Source: Opitutia bacterium (GTDB lineage: Bacteria > Verrucomicrobiota > Verrucomicrobiia > Opitutales > T3Sed10-336). Taken from it: a DNA stretch of 64,000 nt. The notes below the pieces were generated by a model. The model was not told the origin of the DNA and did not search any database. It was given only the letters and a program-made list of their open reading frames with translations. This document shows, piece after piece, positions 51,353 through 59,983 of the stretch. The position numbers and the translations under genes were made by a program. How positions within the stretch are numbered: position 1 is the first letter of the stretch; each line of letters opens with the position of its first letter. The stretch spans positions 6,380 to 70,379 of the forward strand of contig JBJHCF010000003.1 of NCBI GenBank assembly GCA_050506795.1. Reading direction: 5' to 3'.

Positions 51353-51839
51353 TTAGTCCGGCGGCGGACCGACCTCAATCTCCACTTCCGTTCTCTGCCC
51401 GGCCTGCAACGACACGTTGCGGTAGCTCACCCAGCGGAAGGGCCGCGTTTGAAGGATCACGGATTCGAGTTCATCGAGAGGGATTGTAAAAGGGTAAGAT
51501 GGAGGGATTGATACGTTCCGCACCTTGGACCGCGCTTGATCCCACATCGTTACCCCGCGAATCCGCTCTCACCCCGTCCGTCTCAATTGCAACCTCCACG
51601 GGCCCCGTCTCCACCGCATGCACGACCGGGTTGACCGTTTTTACCTGCACAACCGACCAACCGGGCAACACAAGCGACAACACCGGCAACGCCAGCACAC
51701 CCGCCACCGCAGCGGTCCAGACCAGATGCCGCGCCGCCGCCGAACTTTTCCGCATACCAAGGACCGCGACCGATGCGACAGACAGGATAACGGCACCCTT
51801 AATCAGAATATCGAAAAAGAAAAAAGTCAGGTTTTGCAT
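51353..51839 (-). pseudogene. Internally deleted M56/BlaR1-type membrane sensor-peptidase
   Basis: N-terminal ILIKGAVIL...RKSSAAARHLVWTAAVAGVLALP (M56 N-terminus) joins out of frame at about 51550 to a C-terminal piece (PFTIPLDELESVILQTRPFRWVSYRNVSL). HExxH domain absent; lies downstream of a BlaI gene. Confidence 0.8.
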
Positions 51840-51885
51840 GGGAGACCCGGGTTAAGTGACACTCGCGATAAATTCATCCTTCCGC

Positions 51886-52293
51886 TCAGTTTCCTTTGCG
51901 TTCGGCCTCCTCGATCATCTTTTTGAGGCGCTGCAGTTCTTCTTCGGAAACACCCGCATTCTTCTGGGCCAGGTAGGCGCCGACCGCGTTTTCAAGCGAG
52001 CCGTCGAAGAACGTTTCGAGAACGCGCTGCAGCGCGGACCGTCCCACCCGGACGCGTTCGGCGCGCGGACTGTACACGTGCTCGCGACCCGCCTTGCGGC
52101 GTTTGACCAGCCCCTTGTCGCCAAGGATCTTCAACATCGTCCTCACCGCGGTGTGCGCCGGCGGATCGGGCAATGCGGGTTGAAGTTCGTTCACACTGAC
52201 CTCGCCCCGCACGTAGAGAAAGTCCATGATCTGGCGTTCTCGCCGGGTCAAGTGGAGATGCGTGTCGGATTTGGAGGAGACCGATTTTTTCAT
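51886..52293 (-). CDS. BlaI/MecI/CopY family transcriptional repressor
   Basis: LTRRERQIMDFLYVRGEVSVNEL...AVRTMLKILGDKGLV...HVYSP...VLETFFDGSLENAV. Confidence 0.93.
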   Translation of the reverse strand: MKKSVSSKSDTHLHLTRRERQIMDFLYVRGEVSVNELQPALPDPPAHTAVRTMLKILGDKGLVKRRKAGREHVYSPRAERVRVGRSALQRVLETFFDGSLENAVGAYLAQKNAGVSEEELQRLKKMIEEAERKGN

Positions 52294-52296
52294 TTC

Positions 52297-52351
52297 GCCA
52301 AAGTTTTAGCGAACATGGCGGAATATCAACACAAAATGCTAAATTTTTAGC
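52297..52351. promoter_or_regulatory. Pair of 14-bp inverted repeats GC(T/C)AAA-N2-TTTAGC, candidate BlaI-family operator
   Basis: GCCAAAGTTTTAGC at 52297-52310 and GCTAAATTTTTAGC at 52338-52351, immediately upstream of the repressor start. Confidence 0.6.
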
Positions 52352-52669
52352 GAAATTTTTCTGATAAACTATTGGTTGACTCTTTTCGATGTGATGCTCG
52401 AGGGAGGGGTCGGAAGGAGTCCCTGCTTCTGCTGTTCGTTAAAACGTGTGCCATTCGTGGTTCGAGGTCGCGCGGAGTGAGGTCGCCGGATTGAAGAATA
52501 GACAACGGGAGGAATTTGCCTCAGACAGAGAAGGCGGCGATGAACGCGGCGAAACAAGAGAATCATTGATCCATGTATCGCTTGACCGCAAAGTGGTACT
52601 CGGGCCGATTGGCTACCTCTTCAAGGGGGCGTGGTGGACGGTCGAAAAGTTGTTTGTGATCCGAAGATA

Positions 52670-52772
52670 GTCCGCGTTCACCGCATAAAACAGGTGACGC
52701 GGACATTCCTGTCTGCGAGGTCTCGGCGTGAGACGGGCGGGAGGGACAGACAGGAATGTCTGTGTCACCTGT
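52670..52772. repeat. REP doublet (REPIN-like) hairpin, family B, plus a partial third copy
   Basis: 26-nt arms at 52690-52715 and 52747-52772 (ACAGGTGACGCGGACATTCCTGTCTG / CAGACAGGAATGTCTGTGTCACCTGT, 2 mismatches). Partial inverted copy GTCCGCGTTCACC at 52670-52682. Confidence 0.7.
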
Positions 52773-52773
52773 G

Positions 52774-55700
52774 CTAATCCAGGCTGGCCAGATAGGCGAG
52801 GAGATCCCGGATTTCGCGTTTGGTGAGGACGGGTTCGACCGAGGGCATGGAGGAGGGGGCGTCGATGCGTTCGGCCACCTCGGTCCGGGCGATCGACCTG
52901 ACTTCTCCGCCGACATCCATTACCAGATGGGAGTCGGATTCTTCGCGCAGGATGCCAATGATTCTTTCGCCGTCCTGGAGATCGAGGCTGACGATGCCAT
53001 AGCCGGGAGTGATACGGGCGTTGGGGGCAACCAGCGCCTGCAGAATCTCCTCGCGAGTGGAGCGTGCGCCAAGGTTGGTGAGATCCGGTCCGGCGTCACC
53101 TCCGCGCCCCTGGATGGCGTGACAACGCACGCAGGAGGCGGCTGGATGGTCGCGGAATATTTGTCTCCCGGTGGCGATGTGCCCACCGTAGAGGGTTTCC
53201 GCAAAGGCGGCGACGGCATTGTCACCCTCAAGGGTCGCACGGTATTCGACCAGCGCTTCAATCAGCGGTGGGTGTTCGGTGGCTTCAGCCGCTTCGATGA
53301 GATCGAGATGGAGTTCCACGGGCAAATCACGGGCCACAAGTTGTGCCAGATAGGTTTCGAGGTGAGCGAAGGCGCGCTCGTTGCCCAGCCGGCCGAGGGC
53401 CGACAGAGCGGTTTGTTGTTCGCGCAGGGATCCTTCCTCGACCACGTCCGCCAGCAGGTTGGCCAGTTCGGGCCCCCCGTAGTCGAGGGAGGGGGCCAGG
53501 TTCAAGGCGGCACGACGGACATCGCTGTTGGCGTCGGCCATGGCCCGCTCCACGGCGTCGGGCAGGAGATCACTCTCCATCCGATTCAGGGCGTTCAGCG
53601 CCGCGGCACGGACGCTGGAGGAGCCGTCTTCGCGCAGCAGGGTCATCAGGAGCGGCGCCGCGTCCCGGACCGCCAGCCGGCCGGCCACCTCGATGGCGGC
53701 GGCGCGAACGGCGGAGTTGGGCTCGGCGGTGAGAAGGTATTCCATTTCGGCGCTCACGGCGTCACGGGCCAGGGCGGGATCGTTTTCCAGCGGCCCGCGA
53801 TGCCAGCCGTCGACCCGATCCAGAATCGAAGGTGCGGGCCAGACGGCCAAGACGTCCAGGGCTTCCACCCGCATGGTTTCCGGGGCATCCGGGCGCACCG
53901 CGTAGGCGGCCAGCCGACGGGCGGCGGCCTGGTCCCCGACCCGGAGATTGGCGTTGATGGCGCGACGGAGCAGCGGTTCCCGGGTGAAGCGTTCCTCTTC
54001 AAGGGTCCGCGCCAGTTCGGGAAGGGCGGCGGGGATGGAGCGGTCGTCGTTGATGGCGCGGGCGGCTTCGACCACGACCAGTTCGTCTTCGTCAGACAAA
54101 AACGCCGCCACGCCGGGGGCCTCCATGCGACGCAGAGCCACCACCGAAGCGATACGCAGGGCCCGCGACGGGTGATCAGCGTAGGCGGTCAGCGGTTGCG
54201 CCCGGCCGATGCGGGCCAGGGCGATGGCCCCGCCGTGGCGGAGGTAGGCGTCCCGGTCATCGTTCTCCACCAGCATCTCGGCGATTGCCTCGAGAGCCGG
54301 GCCGTGGCCGATCCGTCCGATGGCTTCGGTGGCGAAGAACTTCGGGCGGCTGTGTTCGTCGCGCAGCAGGCCGATCAGGGCCTCTCCGGCGCCTTCGTGC
54401 CGCACGTCTCCCAAAACCCGGGCGGTTTGAGCGCGGATTTCCGGATCTTCGTCGGCGAGGAAAGGAATCAGATGGCCGGCCAGATCGTTTCCGGCACGAA
54501 TCATTTGTCCCAGGCCCCAGAGGCCGTGAATGCGGGCCAGTTGATGTTCGCTCTGCTCCACTGCGGCGAGCAGGGCGGCGCTTCCCGGTTCCTCGCGGCG
54601 CGCCAGTTCGAACTGGGCCTTCTGCCGCACGCGCATATCGGGGTGGTGCAACAAAGGGGCCAGAGCCCCAATCTCCCGTTCACTGAAATCTTCGCGGATC
54701 AGGGTTTCCGTTTCCCGTCGGAGGTCGGACCCCCGGGTCTCCGGAGTATCCAGCTTCCAGATTCGTCCGGCGCCGTTCATTCCCCAGCCTGAGATCCAGT
54801 CGGCGAAGTACAGCGCGCCGTCGGGCGCGAAGGCCAGGCTGGTGGGCAGCAGGCCGGACAGGAGGGTGTGTTGTTCCGCCAGTTCAAAGCCGGCGCCGGC
54901 CTCCTCCAGGCTGAAGGCGACAATGCGCGATTGCGGAGGTGAGCCGACAAAGTGGGTGACGAAAAAATGGTCTTTCCATTCCTCGGTGAAGGCGGTGCCG
55001 GGGTTGTAGGCGAAGCCCGAAGGGCCGGAGCGGAACGCGGCGATCGGGGGGAGAATGTAGGCGGCCTGATCTTCGAAGCGCGGCCGAAAGAGTTCCTCGT
55101 CCATCCACACCTTGTAACTGTTGTTCGCCGGGTCGCCGTATTTGCCGAATTGCCAGTTGATACGCCAACCGCTGTCGGAACCGTTGACCAGGTAAACAAA
55201 ACGTTCGTGTTCGCCGCCGTGGTCGCCGTCGTTGTCGACCGAAACCAGGTTTCCGTACTGGTCGAAAGCGAATTCGTGCGTGTTGCGCAAACCGCTGGCG
55301 AAGACCTCGAAGTCGCTGCCGTCCGGATTGGCACGCATGATGACGCCGGTGTTGGGGTATTCCCAGCGGGTCCCGTCGGGGGCTTCCACGTTGATGCCGT
55401 AGTCGCCGATGGCCCAATAGATGCGACCGTCGGGGCCGACCACCGGACCGGAGAGGCCGTGACCGGAGAACCCGATGTGCACCCCGAACCCGTGAGCAAT
55501 CGATGCCTTTTCGTCGGCCCACCCGTCGCCGGTGGTATCGCGCAGCCGCCAGAGGTCGGGTGCGACCGTCACGTAGACGTCGTCGCCATAGGCGAGCACG
55601 CCGGCCGCGATGTCGGAAACCTCGTCATTGAATCCCTCATACAGCACCTGGGACCGGTCGGCCAGGCCGTCGCCGCTGGTGTCTTCGATCCGGAAAACCC

Positions 55701-56238
55701 GTTCCTGCAGCACGGTGAGATCCCTCCAGTCGTGAGATCCATCCTGATTGTAGTCGGGAAGCCATTGGTTTTGGTCGCTTCTTTCCGGCGCCAGCTCCGC
55801 GCGCAGAAAGGATCGCCGGTCTTCCACTGTCTCCCAGGTGATGGACGGAATCATCCAGTCGCGCCGGTCGCGAATATCAAATTCCGATTGCCGGTGCCGG
55901 GTGGTCTGGGTCACCAGGACGCGCCCCTGGTCGTCCACATCCAGGGCCACCGGATCTCCAAGCAATTTTTCCGACGCCCAGAGGGAAACCTCGAAACCAT
56001 CCATCAGGTTCACCGAAACCTCGCTTCGGATCTCATCCCTATCCCGGGCCGCTTCCTCGGGTTGCAGTTCCACGATCTCGATCAACGGTTCACGGGTCTC
56101 GTGCACCGGCGCGGAATCGGCGGTTGTTTCTTCGAGCTGGGTATCGCGGGCGCATCCGGAGAGGAGAAGTAATATTCCGGCAAGGCTCAAAATCGGCGTC
56201 ACCCGGAGTGGGAAGGGTTCTGATTGGTGGTGGTGCAT
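52774..56238 (-). CDS. PVC-type membrane-bound dehydrogenase-like lipoprotein (DUF7133/propeller + HEAT repeats + c-type heme domain)
   Basis: Lipobox LLLSGC; GFGVHIGFSGHGLSG, GLRNTHEFAFD..GNL...DNDGD; many HEAT units; CVRCH followed by GPDLT; ALVAPNARITPGY. Confidence 0.9.
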   Translation of the reverse strand: MHHHQSEPFPLRVTPILSLAGILLLLSGCARDTQLEETTADSAPVHETREPLIEIVELQPEEAARDRDEIRSEVSVNLMDGFEVSLWASEKLLGDPVALDVDDQGRVLVTQTTRHRQSEFDIRDRRDWMIPSITWETVEDRRSFLRAELAPERSDQNQWLPDYNQDGSHDWRDLTVLQERVFRIEDTSGDGLADRSQVLYEGFNDEVSDIAAGVLAYGDDVYVTVAPDLWRLRDTTGDGWADEKASIAHGFGVHIGFSGHGLSGPVVGPDGRIYWAIGDYGINVEAPDGTRWEYPNTGVIMRANPDGSDFEVFASGLRNTHEFAFDQYGNLVSVDNDGDHGGEHERFVYLVNGSDSGWRINWQFGKYGDPANNSYKVWMDEELFRPRFEDQAAYILPPIAAFRSGPSGFAYNPGTAFTEEWKDHFFVTHFVGSPPQSRIVAFSLEEAGAGFELAEQHTLLSGLLPTSLAFAPDGALYFADWISGWGMNGAGRIWKLDTPETRGSDLRRETETLIREDFSEREIGALAPLLHHPDMRVRQKAQFELARREEPGSAALLAAVEQSEHQLARIHGLWGLGQMIRAGNDLAGHLIPFLADEDPEIRAQTARVLGDVRHEGAGEALIGLLRDEHSRPKFFATEAIGRIGHGPALEAIAEMLVENDDRDAYLRHGGAIALARIGRAQPLTAYADHPSRALRIASVVALRRMEAPGVAAFLSDEDELVVVEAARAINDDRSIPAALPELARTLEEERFTREPLLRRAINANLRVGDQAAARRLAAYAVRPDAPETMRVEALDVLAVWPAPSILDRVDGWHRGPLENDPALARDAVSAEMEYLLTAEPNSAVRAAAIEVAGRLAVRDAAPLLMTLLREDGSSSVRAAALNALNRMESDLLPDAVERAMADANSDVRRAALNLAPSLDYGGPELANLLADVVEEGSLREQQTALSALGRLGNERAFAHLETYLAQLVARDLPVELHLDLIEAAEATEHPPLIEALVEYRATLEGDNAVAAFAETLYGGHIATGRQIFRDHPAASCVRCHAIQGRGGDAGPDLTNLGARSTREEILQALVAPNARITPGYGIVSLDLQDGERIIGILREESDSHLVMDVGGEVRSIARTEVAERIDAPSSMPSVEPVLTKREIRDLLAYLASLD

Positions 56239-56645
56239 GGAGGCGCAGTACGGTGAGAATCTTCTGATTGGAAAATAGCCGATCGAATCAGAATGTCACC
56301 GTTTGGCCAGTAAAAAACCCGGATCCGGAACGGGAGAAAGGTCCTTTTCGGACAGGAACTTATCCGGCCGATCCGACGAAATAGGGAGCGCCGGGAAAAT
56401 TAATGGGGTGAAGGAGCCGGAGGAACGGGATATATTAGCTTAGATTAACTTGTGAGAGAAACGGGCTGATGCTCCCGACAGGTGCGGATGCTCGGTTTGG
56501 GAGGTTAGATGGAAGGAAATGATTCAATCGCCGTAATTCCTGACGGTTGATGGCTGTTTTGTGTTCAGCGATCGTGGGGAAGGTGGAAATTCGGATTGAT
56601 CCGTGACGCGGGATGACGGGGTAAACAAATCAATAGGAGGAGGGT

Positions 56646-57158
56646 ATGAACAGTAGGAATGGCTTCGGGCGAAAGGAGCGAGCGCGGCCACGCGGGGACG
56701 TCTGGTCTGTCGACTCGAAATCAAGTGGTCCCGGTCAGTCGAGAACGGGAGGAGCTGGAACGGGGGAGCGATGGAATATCAACCGGACCATTCTGTTGGT
56801 TGAAGACGACCGGTCGGTGCGGGATATGTTGACCATAGTACTCAGACGGTTGGGTTATCAGGTCCTGTCGGCGGCCGACGGACCGCGGGCGATCGAACTC
56901 TGGGATTGCTCGGGCGTGAAGATCGATCTGTTAATGACCGATCTGGGCATGTCCCGGGGGATGAATGGTTTGGAACTGGCTCAGCGGCTTCGCGAGGAAA
57001 AGAGCGATTTAAAGGTGATTGTTTTCAGCGGTTTCATCACCGAGGCCGTTGAAAGGAAAATCCTGGCGACTGAGGATACGATCTCGCTGCAAAAACCATT
57101 TGACCAGCAGACGCTGGCCCGGGCGGTGAGTGAATTCCTGGCGGTGGGTCGAACCTAG
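56646..57158 (+). CDS. Stand-alone response regulator receiver domain protein
   Basis: ILLVEDD, IDLLMTDLGM, VIVFSGF, LQKPF. The N-terminal ~46 aa do not look homologous and the start is uncertain. Confidence 0.8.
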   Translation: MNSRNGFGRKERARPRGDVWSVDSKSSGPGQSRTGGAGTGERWNINRTILLVEDDRSVRDMLTIVLRRLGYQVLSAADGPRAIELWDCSGVKIDLLMTDLGMSRGMNGLELAQRLREEKSDLKVIVFSGFITEAVERKILATEDTISLQKPFDQQTLARAVSEFLAVGRT

Positions 57159-57346
57159 TCCCGGACGAAACGTTTTATCGAGTATGTTCGGGTTCTTCGG
57201 AATCGGTTGGACGGCACTCTCTTTCGGGTTTAGGAGTGTCAGGGAATCCGAACGCAATGTTGCCGTTATTCATATCCGGTTCGATCTCATGTCGGCGCCT
57301 GCAGGTCCCGGGCACGGAGTGCCGCCGAGAAGCGATTCTTTCGAAG

Positions 57347-59914
57347 GTGACGAGGCCCGGATGTTTTTTGGCGGTGCTCCTCCTGATAATCGCCCTAGCC
57401 GGAATCGCTGACGCCGACGAAATTTCCCCGCCTGATCAGGTATTCGCCGGACACCATGCACCGGTTTCCACGGTGGACTTTTTTCCGGATGGTGAAACGC
57501 TGCTGACCGCCGGATTCGATGGTGTTGCCCGCCTGTGGAGCCGAAGCGGCGGCGACCCGATTCACGTTCTAACCGGGCATGACGGTTGGATCCATTCGGC
57601 CGCGATCTCAGGCGACGGCAGGCGGCTGGCCACCGGAGGGGCGGACGGTTCGATCCGGCTTTGGGATGCGGAATCCGGTGAGGTTGTGCGAATCTTTTCG
57701 GCGCCCTGGGGAGCCGTGACCGCGTTGGCGTTCTCGCCGGGTGGCGAAGGGCTGGCGAGCGGGAGTTCCACTGGCGCGACCACGATTTGGAGCGTCTCGA
57801 ACCAAGAGCCGGTGCGATCGTTTGGCGGGGGCGGAGGCGCGGTGAGTTCATTGGCATTTGCTCCTGACGGAATTCGAGTCCTGGCCGGGGACTGGGAAGG
57901 CGGAGTCCGCCTCTGGGATACGGCGACCGGGGGGCTGATCCGGGAGTTTCGAGGACACACCGGAGCGGTGACGTCGGCGACCTTCTGGCCGAGCGGAGCA
58001 AGTGTGTTGACGGGAAGCCTGGACGGCACCGCGCGTTTCTGGCAGGTTGCCACCGGGGAGGAAATCCGGCGATTTCAGGCCGGCGCCCCGGTATCGGCCG
58101 CCACCTTGTCGGCGGCGCAAACGATTGTAGTCACGGCCACCATGGAGGGCTCGGTTCGTATTTGGAATTTGGCGACGGGAGCGGCGATCAACACCTGGCC
58201 GGCCCACGACGCGGCAATCGGCTCGGCGGCAATGTCTCCCGACGGCATGCGTCTGTTGACCGGAGGAGGTGAGGGCACGGCCCGTTTATGGCGGACGTTT
58301 CCAGTGGGATACGCGGTGCAGGTTCTGGAGACGCCGTCATTTGGTGAGAATATCGTCGGCGAGCAGGAGACCGGGGTTGTGCGTTTGCGCAACGCCCTGA
58401 CGACGCCGATCGATCTGCGATGGGGAACGCTTCCGGAAGGCTTCACCATTTCGGGGGATCTGCGCTCCCTGGCGCCGCGTGAGACACGTGAGTTTACGCT
58501 CAGGTTTACCCCGCGCAGGGAAGGGTTGCAAACGGGACCCCTGGTTTTGTCGGCTTCCAATCTGTCGGGCTCCAAAACGATTGTTCTTTCCGGTGAAGGT
58601 GTATTGTATCGTCCGATACACACGATGGAAACGCAGACCCAACCCGTGCATGCGGCGGATTTATCGGTTGACGGAAAGTTTCTGATCACCGGAGGCGCGG
58701 ATCGTACCGCGGTTGTGCGCGAAACGCAAAGCGGCGAAGTCCTGGCCTTGCTTCCCGGCCACGGGGCAACGGTTCAGGCCGCGGCGCTTTCAGCGGACGG
58801 CCTTTTCGCCGTCTCCGGTAGCGGTCAGGGCCGGATTTACCTGTGGGATTTGGAAGACGGGCCGGTGGCAGAGCCGACCAGGAGTTTCAGCGGGCATTTC
58901 GGGGCGATTTATACGGTGTCTATTTCTCCCGACGGCCGGCGTTTTGTCACCGCGGGCTGGGACAATACCGTCAGACTCTGGTGTCGCGAAAGCGGAGATT
59001 TGGTGCATGCGTTTTCGGGGCATACCCGTCAGGTGATTTCGTCTGCATTTTCTCCCGACGGGGGCCTGGTGCTCACCGGATCGGCCGATTCCACGGCTCG
59101 CTTATGGAACGTGGAATCGGGCGGATTGGTGCAGGCATTTTCTCCGGGCGTCGGCCGGATCAATGCCGTGGTGTTCTCGCCTTGCGGGCGGCGAATTCTG
59201 ACCGGAGGGAGTGACGGCGCTGCGAGGTTGTGGTCGGTGGAAACCGGAGAGTTGCTCTTGAGCTTTGCCTACGGCGAGGGGTGGGTGGTTTCGGCGGCCT
59301 TTTCCGACGATGGGAGATGGATTCTTACCGGGCATCTGGATGGGCGGGCGCGGTTGGTTGACGCCGTAAACGGAGATCTTCTGCGTACCTTTCCGGCCAC
59401 CGGAACGGCGGTGCGCCTGGTCCGTTTTTTTCCGGGGAGTTCGCGGGTTTTTTTCCTGGGCAATGATGGCCGGGCGACGATCTGGTCAACGGTGGTGGAT
59501 TTCCCGATCACTTTCGGTGAATGGGTCGAGGCGTTGCCGCCCGGGAACGATGCGCGCCCTGGAGGCCGACCACCCGGAAGGCGACTGGCGAACCTGGTAA
59601 GGTACGCTTTGGGACACCAGGCCGACCGGGCGGAGGAGGGATTGTTGCCGGAGGTGACCAGGGGTGATGACGGGGCGGTGATTTTTGAATTCGATCGCCT
59701 GGCCCGCCGCCCCGATACGTCGATCAGCCTTGAAGTGTCGAATGATCTGAATACCTGGGAAACTGTCGCGTTGGCGGTGGGACTCGGTCCGTTTCTCCCC
59801 ACGGGAGAGGGAGGAGTCACTGTGATTGGAGACCTCCGAGAGAGGAGGGTTCTTGTGGTCGACGAACACCCGTATCGTCGGGCCTTCCGCTTGGTCGTGC
59901 GCCTGGAAGAGTAG
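57347..59914 (+). CDS. Secreted WD40 protein: two 7-bladed propellers separated by an Ig-like domain, plus the recurring C-terminal domain
   Basis: 14 GH..WD-type units counted (7+7); central FGENIVGEQETGVVRLRN...LRFTP; tail NLVRYALG...LEVSNDLNTW...RAFRLVVR. The ORF track opens at 57236; GTG 57347 gives a signal peptide. Confidence 0.85.
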   Translation: MTRPGCFLAVLLLIIALAGIADADEISPPDQVFAGHHAPVSTVDFFPDGETLLTAGFDGVARLWSRSGGDPIHVLTGHDGWIHSAAISGDGRRLATGGADGSIRLWDAESGEVVRIFSAPWGAVTALAFSPGGEGLASGSSTGATTIWSVSNQEPVRSFGGGGGAVSSLAFAPDGIRVLAGDWEGGVRLWDTATGGLIREFRGHTGAVTSATFWPSGASVLTGSLDGTARFWQVATGEEIRRFQAGAPVSAATLSAAQTIVVTATMEGSVRIWNLATGAAINTWPAHDAAIGSAAMSPDGMRLLTGGGEGTARLWRTFPVGYAVQVLETPSFGENIVGEQETGVVRLRNALTTPIDLRWGTLPEGFTISGDLRSLAPRETREFTLRFTPRREGLQTGPLVLSASNLSGSKTIVLSGEGVLYRPIHTMETQTQPVHAADLSVDGKFLITGGADRTAVVRETQSGEVLALLPGHGATVQAAALSADGLFAVSGSGQGRIYLWDLEDGPVAEPTRSFSGHFGAIYTVSISPDGRRFVTAGWDNTVRLWCRESGDLVHAFSGHTRQVISSAFSPDGGLVLTGSADSTARLWNVESGGLVQAFSPGVGRINAVVFSPCGRRILTGGSDGAARLWSVETGELLLSFAYGEGWVVSAAFSDDGRWILTGHLDGRARLVDAVNGDLLRTFPATGTAVRLVRFFPGSSRVFFLGNDGRATIWSTVVDFPITFGEWVEALPPGNDARPGGRPPGRRLANLVRYALGHQADRAEEGLLPEVTRGDDGAVIFEFDRLARRPDTSISLEVSNDLNTWETVALAVGLGPFLPTGEGGVTVIGDLRERRVLVVDEHPYRRAFRLVVRLEE

Positions 59915-59983
59915 GGGGCGTCCGGCGATGGAGTGGTTCGGGATTCGGGGATCGCGTTGCCCGGTCCGGTCAAAGGGAGGCGG

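Noticed and set aside
52756-54792. 678-aa plus-strand ORF
   Set aside because: Antisense to the heme-c/HEAT dehydrogenase gene.
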